DNA of 64,000 nt from an uncultured Candidatus Saccharibacteria bacterium (GTDB lineage Bacteria; Patescibacteriota; Minisyncoccia; Phycocordibacterales; Zambryskibacteraceae): NCBI GenBank assembly GCA_964516975.1, contig CAZFAS010000001.1, positions 118,500-182,499 of the forward strand, in the 5' to 3' direction. The position numbers and the translations under genes were made by a program. The notes beneath the pieces were generated by a model. That model made no database searches and was not told where the DNA came from. It was given only the letters and a program-made list of their open reading frames with translations. Below, piece after piece: positions 8,489 to 18,033 of the stretch. Position 1 is the first letter of the stretch. Each line of letters opens with the position of its first letter.

Positions 8489-9266
8489 GTCAGACAATCG
8501 TATACTCGTATGTAACATACATCAACGAGATAGTCTGACCAAATAAAAATACATACTATATTGAATTTGTCAATAGAAAACCCCGCACGCAAGCGTGCGG
8601 GGGTGTGTGACAAGCGACACCTCGTTGTGAAAGACATCTGCATATTCGTCACACACAATCTAATGTGAAGCAAATCCCACTACGTCACACTACCACAAAA
8701 GACAATACCTCTTTCGCTTCACACTATAACACTAGATATTTTGTCACACAGAATTTTAGTACGAAGCAACTCCTCTTTCGTCTTACGACATATGACCTGC
8801 CGCTTCGCACTAAGATATGAGACACGGTTCTTGTCGAATCGTAAGACGCATTCTTCCAGTCGTCTCATATTAAAAGAACAGTTCGGGGGGGACAATAGCC
8901 TCCTTGTGCAAATAACGCACATCGACGTTTTCGTCCCAGTGACAACGCGTATCTCGTAATATTACATTTCGAACTTCGTCACTTTCCCCTTTCTAAATTA
9001 CATATATAACCTAGAAAGGAGGCCCGACAAGCAAAGCTTGTCGGGCTTTGCAGAAAACATCAATACTATCGTTCAGAACAAACCAATCATCGTTCTCTGC
9101 CAAAGCAAAATATCAATCTTTATATATAAGTCAACCCCCATACAAGCAAGCTTGTATGGGGGTATGTGACATTGATTCGATCGTACACAGGTACATTCAA
9201 ACTCTAGTCACATATTGGAAAACATTTCTGAGTTCGTTATAAACAAACGTTGCATCGTCTTCCAAT
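8489..9266 (-). ncRNA. TIGR-like stem-loop guide array B (10 dual-spacer units)
   Basis: same unit grammar, e.g. gtgtgtg ACA agcgacacc TCGT tgtgaaag ACA tctgcatat TCGT cacacac (8603-8656); internal terminators at about 8577-8602, 9022-9046 and 9135-9162. Confidence 0.85.
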
Positions 9267-9310
9267 GAAAACAATAAAACACATGTAAATAAGGTAAGCA
9301 AGTAGTGCCC

Positions 9311-10192
9311 TTACGCGGCTTGTACTACAACCTCTTTACACTCTGTACTACAAAATCCATCTTTTTCTTCAAAACATGTATCACATGCGAGAAAATGTTT
9401 ATTACACCTGACATTTTTACAATTCACATAATGTTCAGTTGGGGTATCACAGAGATCACACTTCCCTACGATAGTGTGATTACTCGGATCATCAAAATCC
9501 ATTGCAATACGATTATCAAAGACGTAAAGCTTTCCCTTGAAGGCTTTATTCGGGTATTTCGCCATGTAGGTCACGATTCCATCTTGAAGTTGGTATACAT
9601 CTTCAAAGCCTTTACTTACGAGGTATCCTGATGCTTTTTCACACCTTACTCCACCAGTGCATACTGTAAGAATTTTTTTCTTTTTGAGTGGTTCAAAATC
9701 TTTCACTCTCTCTTTGAGATCGCGGAAATTAGCAAGTCCTGCATCGAGTGATCCCTCGAATCTTCCGATTTTGTATTCATATGTATTACGCATATCAATA
9801 ACCACAAAATCTTCGCCTTTTTCATACCATGAGTGAAGTTCATCAGCAGAGAGATACTTACCGGTGAGGTCATACGGCTTCACATCTTCTTCTCCAAGAT
9901 GTGAGCTCACTATCTCATTTCTTAGTTTCACTTTTAATTTTGGAAATGCCATTCCATCACCCGCGCTTCGCTTTATGACAATATCCTCAAATCCTTCACG
10001 GCTAAGCAAATCTTTGCAATACGCATTAATATTTTCCTTCGTGCCCTCGAGAGTTCCATTGATACCTTCTGAGGCAATAATAAGTCTACCTGTAAGCCCA
10101 AGCTTCTTTGTTATTTCCTTTTGCTCTTGCCAGAGCTTTTTGGCATCAGCTATCGGTGTGTATTTATAATAGAGAATAATTTCGTACTCCAT
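9311..10192 (-). CDS. trhO: rhodanese-domain tRNA U34 hydroxylase (UPF0176/TrhO family)
   Basis: LYYKY, GRLIIASEGINGT, DMRNTYEY.IG.F, CTGGVRCEKAS, C-terminal Cys cluster. Confidence 0.88.
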   Translation of the reverse strand: MEYEIILYYKYTPIADAKKLWQEQKEITKKLGLTGRLIIASEGINGTLEGTKENINAYCKDLLSREGFEDIVIKRSAGDGMAFPKLKVKLRNEIVSSHLGEEDVKPYDLTGKYLSADELHSWYEKGEDFVVIDMRNTYEYKIGRFEGSLDAGLANFRDLKERVKDFEPLKKKKILTVCTGGVRCEKASGYLVSKGFEDVYQLQDGIVTYMAKYPNKAFKGKLYVFDNRIAMDFDDPSNHTIVGKCDLCDTPTEHYVNCKNVRCNKHFLACDTCFEEKDGFCSTECKEVVVQAA

Positions 10193-11725
10193 TTATTTCG
10201 TAAGACTAACCTGTAGTTGTTGCCCTTCTGTAACACCACTTTTTACTTCAATAGATTCATCATTTCCAGAAAGACCAGTTGTAACTTCTACTGGCACAGT
10301 TTTCTTTCCAACGAGGTTTTTAATAATGGTCTTTCCATTTTCTTCTGTAATTGCATACCGTGGAACCTTAAGTACATTTTCAGCGACAGCAGTGACGATC
10401 TTAAGATTTGCAGTTAGGCCACTTTTTAGCTCCTTTGCATCACCATCAATACTTACTTTTACTTTATAGTTCACAACATTATCAATAATAGTTTCCGCGG
10501 GTTCAATGTAGAATAATTTTCCTGTATATGTCTTTCCAGGAAATGCATCGAAGGTAATTGACACAGTATTACCAATAGCAACTTTACCGATATTCACTTC
10601 AGAAATATTTGCTTCGATTTCCATATTTCCATCAGAAATAACTGAAACGAGCTTTTCACCTGCACCGACAATCTGACCTTGCTTAGCATCCTGGCGAGTT
10701 ACAAGCCCATCGATCGGAGAAATAATGAGAGTCGATGAGATCTGAGCTTGAATACTCTGCACTGCTGCTTCAAGTTGTGCGAGCCTAGCTTCTTCCGCGA
10801 GAACTGTATCGTAGTTTTGTGAAGTATTGTTTACGCCAGATATAACCTTCGGTGAAGTTGAGAACTTAGCTTTTGCAGTGTTGAAATTTGAAAATGCAGT
10901 ACTTACTTCTGTTCGAGCAGTTGAGACCGTTGTCTTATACCCAGTCACCGTAGCTTCATACTGATATTCTGGAGACTTTATTGAATTCACTGCAAGAGCG
11001 ACTTCATCGAGAAATGCTTTAGCACTATTGAGGTTTGCCTCTGCTTCTACGCTGTACTGATTGAGGTCTGAAGTCACAGAAAGCTTGGCAAGCGATGCCT
11101 TCCACTTAACCAAAGAAAGTTCCAAAGCATACCGATCAGTATTAATCTGATTCCTCAGATCTGTATCAATAGGGAAAGTATAGATAGAAGTACCATCTTT
11201 AAATGTAAACTCAATATAATTGTTTGCCTGCCTAACATTTTTGAAAAATGAATCAATATTGTTTCGAATGGCATCATCTGTCTTAGCGTATGCATCTTTG
11301 ATATTTGCGACAAGGTTTGAACGTGAATCAATAAAAGAATCTCCACTTTGTTGTTTTGCCTGCTCAAGCTTTACATTTTGTTCATCGACATCAGCTTTCG
11401 CTTTTGCAAGATTTGCCTGCAATTCTGCATTATCAAGTGAAGCAAGAACGGTACCCGCCTTTACATGTTCACCAACAGCAACTGGCTGACCGCTAATCCT
11501 TCCTCCCTTATCGAAACCGAGATCGACAGAGCGCACAGCAACAGTCTTTCCAGATACCGCAACTTCTTGTGTTACAGTCCCTCTTGTCACAGTGAATGAT
11601 TGCACTTGTGCAGTACTTTTTCTTGCAAAAAAGAAAACCAGAAGACCGATGATAATAACAATAACCACCGACTTTTTCGGATTTTCTTTGATCCACTGAA
11701 TATATGATGTTAATTTTGCTTTCAT
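10193..11725 (-). CDS. efflux RND/MacA-type periplasmic adaptor subunit
   Basis: N-terminal TM, lipoyl-like halves (GRIS..V..GEHVKAG, SPIDGLV), long coiled coil. Confidence 0.85.
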   Translation of the reverse strand: MKAKLTSYIQWIKENPKKSVVIVIIIGLLVFFFARKSTAQVQSFTVTRGTVTQEVAVSGKTVAVRSVDLGFDKGGRISGQPVAVGEHVKAGTVLASLDNAELQANLAKAKADVDEQNVKLEQAKQQSGDSFIDSRSNLVANIKDAYAKTDDAIRNNIDSFFKNVRQANNYIEFTFKDGTSIYTFPIDTDLRNQINTDRYALELSLVKWKASLAKLSVTSDLNQYSVEAEANLNSAKAFLDEVALAVNSIKSPEYQYEATVTGYKTTVSTARTEVSTAFSNFNTAKAKFSTSPKVISGVNNTSQNYDTVLAEEARLAQLEAAVQSIQAQISSTLIISPIDGLVTRQDAKQGQIVGAGEKLVSVISDGNMEIEANISEVNIGKVAIGNTVSITFDAFPGKTYTGKLFYIEPAETIIDNVVNYKVKVSIDGDAKELKSGLTANLKIVTAVAENVLKVPRYAITEENGKTIIKNLVGKKTVPVEVTTGLSGNDESIEVKSGVTEGQQLQVSLTK

Positions 11726-11749
11726 AAATTTGATTATACCTTATGTTTA

Positions 11750-12442
11750 TTATTTTTTTCTCTGTGCATTCTTCTCATTACCCACAATCTGTCCATCTGA
11801 TAATACGATCGTCCGATGTGTCATCTCTGCATATTCCGGCTCATGAGTTACCATTACGATTGTTTGCCCTTCTCTATTTAACTCAAGGAAGTGATCGAGC
11901 ACCACACGAGATGTTTCAGTATCGAGGTTTGCAGTCGGCTCATCAGCAAAAATAATTTTGGGTTCATGTGATACTGCGCGTGCAATCGAAACTCTCTGTT
12001 GTTCTCCTCCTGACAATTGGTTTGGCTGATTGTAGAGACGATGACCCAAGCCTATCCTTTCAAGTGAGCGTTTTGCTTTCTCCTCTGCCACCTTTGGATC
12101 ATAGCCGAGCATAAGGAGTGGGATGAGTACATTTTCCATCGCTGTGAGCTCAGGAATGAGTGCATAATCTTGAAATACATAGCCGAGTTCTTGAAGTCGA
12201 AGTTGTGTCCTTTCTTGATTTGGCAAATTTGTTACTTCCTTCCCATCAATCATAATCGAACCTGATGTAGGATGATCAAGAAGCCCGAGCTGATACATAA
12301 GTGTGCTTTTTCCTGATCCTGATCTACCAGTAATCGATATAAATTCCCCTTTTTCAACTTGAAAATTTACCCCTTTCAAAACAACGAGTTCACTATCGCC
12401 ACTTGGAAAGGATTTTATTATGTTTTTTGCTTCAATTATCAT
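11750..12442 (-). CDS. ABC transporter ATP-binding protein (MacB/LolD type)
   Basis: [27 protein letters not shown]. Confidence 0.95.
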   Translation of the reverse strand: MIIEAKNIIKSFPSGDSELVVLKGVNFQVEKGEFISITGRSGSGKSTLMYQLGLLDHPTSGSIMIDGKEVTNLPNQERTQLRLQELGYVFQDYALIPELTAMENVLIPLLMLGYDPKVAEEKAKRSLERIGLGHRLYNQPNQLSGGEQQRVSIARAVSHEPKIIFADEPTANLDTETSRVVLDHFLELNREGQTIVMVTHEPEYAEMTHRTIVLSDGQIVGNEKNAQRKK

Positions 12443-12470
12443 TTTGATTCGTTAAAGTTTGGCGTATACA

Positions 12471-13751
12471 TTATTTTCTTCCTAGAATTGCATCGAGCGT
12501 GTTCTGTTTCACTACGATTCTCGCAGGTATATATCCCGCAACGAGTGTTGCAAAAAGGAGGATAAGAGCGCGATTGATAGTGTTTGGAATTTCAGCAACT
12601 AGTATTCCATCACTAAATGGAAACTTAATTGGGTGGGAGGCAATATATGGCACCATAAATCCGTATAGGATAAGAAGGCCAATTCCGATTCCAACTACTG
12701 CATAAAAGAAAGACTGCAGTACATATGAGAACTCAATTGCTGTTGCTTCAATACCGATGCCCTTCAAAATTCCAATAAACTTTCTTCGAGTAATTGCGTT
12801 CACAAAGATCACAATAAAAATAGTAATTGAAGCTGCCACGAGTCCGATAGATCCGATCACATTCCCCAAAAGTCCGAAAGTATCCCGGATATCAAGTAAG
12901 AATTTCGGTAATGACTCCTCCCATGTTTGCACTTTAGCATATTGACCAACGCCATCTTTAACAAGAAAATTTTTCACCACAAGAGGATCAACACCTGGTT
13001 TTAGTTGAATTGAAACTTCGTCGACATTATAGTCAGTCCTTCCGATAAGATTACGCAAAGTTGTGGCGGGCATAAAAACACGAAAATCCACCTGATCCAC
13101 TTTTCCTTTTACTATACCTTTCACTGTAAACTCCTTTACATTTCCACCGATAGTAAGTCGCACTTTATCACCGGGAGCAACATGATCAAGCAGCGTTAAT
13201 CCAGGTGCCTCGATATTCAAATACTTTCTTAAAAAATTCGCACCAATCAAAATACTTTCAGAGTCATCTGGTGATAAATAACTTCCTTCAATCACTTTTG
13301 AACTTAAATGAGTTAGCTTATCTTCTGCAACAGGGTCTATTCCCACAATCGATGCCGCGATCGCATCGGGCTTGTCTGTTAATTTAATTTTTGTTTTATA
13401 ATTTGCCTCTATCGTACCACCCTGTGCGTATCGTGCTGAATAATTTTGCACCCATGGAAGATTCGCAATTGTCGAAAGTATTTGCGGGCTATTTTCAATA
13501 TAATCTTTCTTTGAAAGTGTCGTGATAAGTACATCTCCAGCGTACCCAGATTTATATACATCTGTTGATCCTTGAATGAGTCCGACCAAAACACCTCGCA
13601 CAACAACGAGATTTAAAAAAGTGAGCATCATCACAAAGATGATGAGTATAGTAGTTGCTTTGCTTGATCGTCTCACTTGCCGAATCGCAAGGAACCAACC
13701 AACACCCAAAGAAACAAAAAAACGCTCGAGTTTCAGCTTCTGTTGCTTCAT
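12471..13751 (-). CDS. ABC transporter permease (FtsX/MacB/LolE type)
   Basis: 1+3 TM topology with large extracytoplasmic domain, RRKFIGILKGIG motif. Confidence 0.88.
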   Translation of the reverse strand: MKQQKLKLERFFVSLGVGWFLAIRQVRRSSKATTILIIFVMMLTFLNLVVVRGVLVGLIQGSTDVYKSGYAGDVLITTLSKKDYIENSPQILSTIANLPWVQNYSARYAQGGTIEANYKTKIKLTDKPDAIAASIVGIDPVAEDKLTHLSSKVIEGSYLSPDDSESILIGANFLRKYLNIEAPGLTLLDHVAPGDKVRLTIGGNVKEFTVKGIVKGKVDQVDFRVFMPATTLRNLIGRTDYNVDEVSIQLKPGVDPLVVKNFLVKDGVGQYAKVQTWEESLPKFLLDIRDTFGLLGNVIGSIGLVAASITIFIVIFVNAITRRKFIGILKGIGIEATAIEFSYVLQSFFYAVVGIGIGLLILYGFMVPYIASHPIKFPFSDGILVAEIPNTINRALILLFATLVAGYIPARIVVKQNTLDAILGRK

Positions 13752-13797
13752 ATTTCACTCTAAATATACACTAAAATAGAGCCAAAATCAAGACTAT

Positions 13798-14382
13798 TTA
13801 CCATAAAATCGGATACTTCTGAAATTGTTCAAAAAGACTAACATTATGGAGCAATCGTGAAAAAGCCTCTGCTTCCCATACCGCACCGTTTATAGCCTTA
13901 TGTGGTTTAGGCTCCGTTGGAATTCCAACGTATTCCATAATCTTATCTGAGTCCAAGTGGGTCTTCCGATTAAGAAGTGGAGGAGTGATCCCCCTTTGTA
14001 TCATATGAAAATATGTTATCGAGTGCAGATCGATAATGCGACGTGAAAGAAAGTATGGGATATTCCACCGCATTGCAGCATCTCGCAAAAAATCACAATC
14101 AAAAAACACATTTTGTCCGGCAACTACAAGATCATCTTGTGCATCAAGCCATTTGAAAAAAGAAGTAAGTATCTCCCCTTCGCTGTGCTTACTACCATCT
14201 CGAACTTCATCCTCTGTGAATCCATTTACCTCAAGCGCAACTGGATCAATATGCGAATTATCCCATACACGGCACTCTTCATAAAAACTTTGATCTGGTT
14301 TTTCAAAATTAACTGCACCGATACTAACAATCGAATTTTTCTTAGAGTCCACACCAGTAGTTTCAATATCTATGATTATCAT
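13798..14382 (-). CDS. DEDDh 3'-5' exonuclease
   Basis: DIETTG, GQNVFFD, HKAINGA; start moved to ATG 14382. Confidence 0.85.
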   Translation of the reverse strand: MIIIDIETTGVDSKKNSIVSIGAVNFEKPDQSFYEECRVWDNSHIDPVALEVNGFTEDEVRDGSKHSEGEILTSFFKWLDAQDDLVVAGQNVFFDCDFLRDAAMRWNIPYFLSRRIIDLHSITYFHMIQRGITPPLLNRKTHLDSDKIMEYVGIPTEPKPHKAINGAVWEAEAFSRLLHNVSLFEQFQKYPILW

Positions 14383-14386
14383 GAAT

Positions 14387-14869
14387 CTATTGTAACCCCT
14401 TACAGTTACTTGCTGGAGTGTATCCAGCTTTTCGTGCCTCTTCACTACTTTTAAATGTGATTTTGTTAGCTGGTGAAATGCGCTTAGCCCCAGAGCACCA
14501 TGGATAATGGTACTTCTTACCGAGCTTTGAAGCTACTACCTCATCACTGTGCGGGAGTTGAGCCGCAGCACCTTTCACTTCTCCCACTCTAGCTTGCGAG
14601 GTCACGGGTAGTGCTGGCGTCTCAATGGTAATAGCAGGCGCCTGATTACCTTGCACGATAGATACGGGCACATCCTTTGCTTTTAACTCACTGTATTTCC
14701 CTATACCAAACGCGCCAGTGGCGATGAGAACTAGGATAATAATACCCTGTATAGTAGCCCTAAAATTCGGTTTTTGGGGATTATCTCTACTGACAATATC
14801 AAACTCCTCCTCTTCTGGGATGTTAGAGTCTTGGGGCTTGCTTTTTCTCCCATTCTCTACTATACTCAT
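14387..14869 (-). CDS. membrane-anchored protein with Ada-type Zn-binding C-terminal domain
   Basis: ASKLGKKYHYPWC...F.S.EEA..AGY.PA.NC. Confidence 0.75.
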   Translation of the reverse strand: MSIVENGRKSKPQDSNIPEEEEFDIVSRDNPQKPNFRATIQGIIILVLIATGAFGIGKYSELKAKDVPVSIVQGNQAPAITIETPALPVTSQARVGEVKGAAAQLPHSDEVVASKLGKKYHYPWCSGAKRISPANKITFKSSEEARKAGYTPASNCKGLQ

Positions 14870-14910
14870 TGTTCAAATATTATATCGTTTTCTGATTAAA
14901 AGCGAATCAC

Positions 14911-15183
14911 ATGGCAACAAAAAAAGCAGGAGGCTCAACGAAAAACGGGAGAGACTCAAATCCAAAATACTTAGGCATCAAAGTTACCCCTGGAGACCAG
15001 ACTATTTCTGGAGCTATTCTTGTACGCCAGCGAGGAACTGACATCCTACCAGGCAAAAACGTAGGAATGGGACGTGATCATACTATTTACGCCCTCAAAG
15101 ATGGAGTTGTTGCCATGAAGACTAAGAGAAAAACTCACTTCGACAACAAAGTAATGATAAAGAAAGTAATCGAAGTTAAGTAA
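14911..15183 (+). CDS. rpmA: 50S ribosomal protein L27
   Basis: [26 protein letters not shown]. Confidence 0.97.
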   Translation: MATKKAGGSTKNGRDSNPKYLGIKVTPGDQTISGAILVRQRGTDILPGKNVGMGRDHTIYALKDGVVAMKTKRKTHFDNKVMIKKVIEVK

Positions 15184-15186
15184 TAA

Positions 15187-15220
15187 AACATAAAACCACC
15201 CGAGAGGGTGGTTTTATGTT
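15187..15220. terminator. bidirectional terminator
   Basis: AACATAAAACCACCC-GAGA-GGGTGGTTTTATGTT between rpmA and rplI. Confidence 0.8.
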
Positions 15221-15226
15221 GTATGA

Positions 15227-15673
15227 TTATTCTTTTGCTTTTACGACGACCTTAAGCTTTGCGACATGGTCTTGTACTCCAACCTCGACTTCATGCTCAC
15301 CTACCTCTTTTATTGGTTTTTCCAACTTGATATATTCAGGAGCAATATCTAATCTCGTCTGAGCTTTGATGAGAGGAACGAGCTCTTCTGTGTGAAGCCC
15401 TGCAAAAAGATGACCTTTGTCATTTGCCTTCTCTTCTACAACAATCTCTATTCCCTGCAAATCATGAATATTCTTAATGAGTAAATCCTCATGAATTTTT
15501 TTCTCAACATCTTCAGTAGTCTTCATAGCCAAAACTCGCTTAACATTTCCTTCTGTAGCGATCTGTGCATGACCTTGTGGAATAAGGAGGTTTGTTGCGT
15601 ATCCATCCGAAACATCCTTCACCTCGTATTTTTTGCCTAATTTTGGTACGTTTTTTAATAGTATTACTTTCAT
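15227..15673 (-). CDS. rplI: 50S ribosomal protein L9
   Basis: MKVILLKNVPKLG...VSDGYA.N.LIP, GHLFAG, PIKEVG; start moved to 15673. Confidence 0.95.
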   Translation of the reverse strand: MKVILLKNVPKLGKKYEVKDVSDGYATNLLIPQGHAQIATEGNVKRVLAMKTTEDVEKKIHEDLLIKNIHDLQGIEIVVEEKANDKGHLFAGLHTEELVPLIKAQTRLDIAPEYIKLEKPIKEVGEHEVEVGVQDHVAKLKVVVKAKE

Positions 15674-15766
15674 TCCGTTTGTATTTATATTAATTGAGTT
15701 TTGACATTCTATCAGGAATACGCCCATTGTCTATAGGAGTCACGTGGCCCTTTTAGAACATATTTT

Positions 15767-17002
15767 TTACTTTGCCCAGTGCAATAGAAGATCAACAGCC
15801 TTTTCCTTTTGAGCATCAATACCCTTTTCTGCATCCTCCTTTGTGACCTTTACTGTCACATCTGGCTGAACACCACTTGCAGAGATTGATACACCATTTG
15901 GAGTCAACCAACGAGCAATCGTAACCTTAAGCGCAGTGTCATCCGTAATCTGTACGAGTTCTTGTACTGATCCTTTTCCGAATGTCTTCTCACCAACAAG
16001 CTTTGCTACACCATGTTCTTTAAGAGCGCCGGCAAGAATTTCTGAAGCTGACGCAGATCCACCATCAACCAAAATCACAAATTTGAGTTTATCAGTAAAT
16101 ACATCATACCCACGACTTCGGTGTACAATCTCTTCCTGCTTTGCACCAAAATTTTCTCTTACAATAACTTTTCCTGGTGGAAGAAACCAACTTGCCATAT
16201 CTATAGCAGCTTCTAGGTACCCTCCTGGGTTGCCCCGAAGATCGAGGAGGAGCTTATCAGTTCCAGATTCAATAAATTCACGAAGTGCTTTTCTAAAAAG
16301 ATCAGGAGAGTTTGCAGAGAAACTATAGAGCTCTATAACAAACACACCATCCGGACGAAGACTTGTATTAATGGTTGGGATATCTATTACATCTCGAACA
16401 ACCTTGATTTCCATTGGGTCTTTATTACCCGCACGAATAACACTGAAAGCAACTTCCGTTCCCTTTTTCCCACGAATAAGTGATACCGCCTCTTCGGTCG
16501 TCATATTGTATGTAGACTTATCACCGATCTTTACGATCTTATCACCAGATTTTATTCCAGCATTGTAAGCAGGAGTACCCTTGAGCGGAGCCACTACCGT
16601 GAGAACACCATCACGTACTCCGACTTCCATTCCTACACCTTCAAAATTTCCACGTACATCACTTTGGAAGATTTCATTTTCAACGGGTGGAAAAAATACT
16701 GTATAAGGATCTTTAAGTGATGAAGCAAGTCCTTGAATAGCGCCATATACTTTTGATTGATCACTGACAGCAGGAAGAGTGGAAGACGCGCTAACGTATT
16801 TTTCCTGAAGCACAGTCCATGCTTTCCAAAACGGACCAAAATCAACATTCGCTGGTTTATTTGTTTCTTTGTTTAACAAAGTTACAGAATCTACAGAGTA
16901 TTTACTGTGATTTTGTCCTTGCTTATATCCAAATGTGAATGTGCCAATAAGTATGAGAACGAGAACAAGTGCTGTTGATAAATTCTTTTGATGGGATTTC
17001 AT
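15767..17002 (-). CDS. S41 family C-terminal processing peptidase
   Basis: DPYT, PDZ, DLRGNPGG, SASASEI, TFGKGSVQ. Confidence 0.95.
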   Translation of the reverse strand: MKSHQKNLSTALVLVLILIGTFTFGYKQGQNHSKYSVDSVTLLNKETNKPANVDFGPFWKAWTVLQEKYVSASSTLPAVSDQSKVYGAIQGLASSLKDPYTVFFPPVENEIFQSDVRGNFEGVGMEVGVRDGVLTVVAPLKGTPAYNAGIKSGDKIVKIGDKSTYNMTTEEAVSLIRGKKGTEVAFSVIRAGNKDPMEIKVVRDVIDIPTINTSLRPDGVFVIELYSFSANSPDLFRKALREFIESGTDKLLLDLRGNPGGYLEAAIDMASWFLPPGKVIVRENFGAKQEEIVHRSRGYDVFTDKLKFVILVDGGSASASEILAGALKEHGVAKLVGEKTFGKGSVQELVQITDDTALKVTIARWLTPNGVSISASGVQPDVTVKVTKEDAEKGIDAQKEKAVDLLLHWAK

Positions 17003-17056
17003 ATAAAGTAATGCACATTATCTCAAATTATAGATGTCGCGGTCAAATTATAATTC

Positions 17057-18004
17057 GTGTACAATAACAAAAGTATTTTCCACACAATGATAAATCGATA
17101 TTCCTACAAAGATACCGTTTGGGTTGACATCACTAATCCAACAGAAGTCGAAATAGACACTGTTGCGAAAGAGTTCAATATTACACCAAGAGTAATCGGT
17201 GAGCTTACTACTCCATCCATAAAATCCAGAGTCGAACTCCACAAAGATTATATATATATGATTCTGCACTTCCCTGCATTTCGCCACAGTCATACAGGCA
17301 ATGATGGTAAGCAAGAAGTCGATTTCGTCATAGGGAAAAATTTTCTCATAACTGCTCGATATGACACGATTGATGCAATAGAGAAATTTGCAAAGGTTGT
17401 AGAGGTAAACTCAATACTTGGAAGAGGATTTGAAGAAAATCTTACTGGCACAATATTTTTTGGTATTATCCAAGAAATATATCTCTCGCTGTTTAACGAA
17501 CTCGAATATATCGAAAATTGGTTAAACAAAATAGAAGATGGAATCTTTAATGGAGAGGAAAAGGAAATGGTAGGCGCTCTATCACAGGCAAGTCGCACAC
17601 TCCTTAATTTCAAGAAATCAACCGATTTTCATAAAGAAGTCCTTGAGTCTCTCGACTATTTCGGAAAGAAAATTTTTGATGAACATTTCTCTTATCATAC
17701 AAGAAGGATCGTCGACGAGTACTTTAAAGTACAAAATACTTTAAAAAACAATATGGAACTTGTTACGGAGCTCCGCGAAACAAACAATTCCCTCCTCTCT
17801 ACAAAAGAAAATGAAACCATGCGCACTCTTACCACTCTTGCATTCGTAACATTCCCACTTACACTCATTGCAGCAATCTTTGGTATGGATACTCATTACA
17901 GCCCAATACTTGGTTCACCTCATGATTTTTGGATTATTATCAGTATTATGGTGTTCTCTACTATCCTCATGTACGCGTTTTTCAAGCATAAACGCTGGTT
18001 TTAA
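17057..18004 (+). CDS. CorA-family divalent cation transporter
   Basis: NETMRTLT, IFGMD (GMN-like), two C-terminal TMs. Confidence 0.88.
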   Translation: MYNNKSIFHTMINRYSYKDTVWVDITNPTEVEIDTVAKEFNITPRVIGELTTPSIKSRVELHKDYIYMILHFPAFRHSHTGNDGKQEVDFVIGKNFLITARYDTIDAIEKFAKVVEVNSILGRGFEENLTGTIFFGIIQEIYLSLFNELEYIENWLNKIEDGIFNGEEKEMVGALSQASRTLLNFKKSTDFHKEVLESLDYFGKKIFDEHFSYHTRRIVDEYFKVQNTLKNNMELVTELRETNNSLLSTKENETMRTLTTLAFVTFPLTLIAAIFGMDTHYSPILGSPHDFWIIISIMVFSTILMYAFFKHKRWF

Positions 18005-18033
18005 TCTCAGAGTTTTTCTGGTACCTTAAAAGG

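Noticed and set aside
6513-9266. CRISPR array
   Set aside because: No constant 23-47-nt direct repeat and no cas genes; the conserved parts are only 3-4-nt boxes around 9-nt spacers within variable stems
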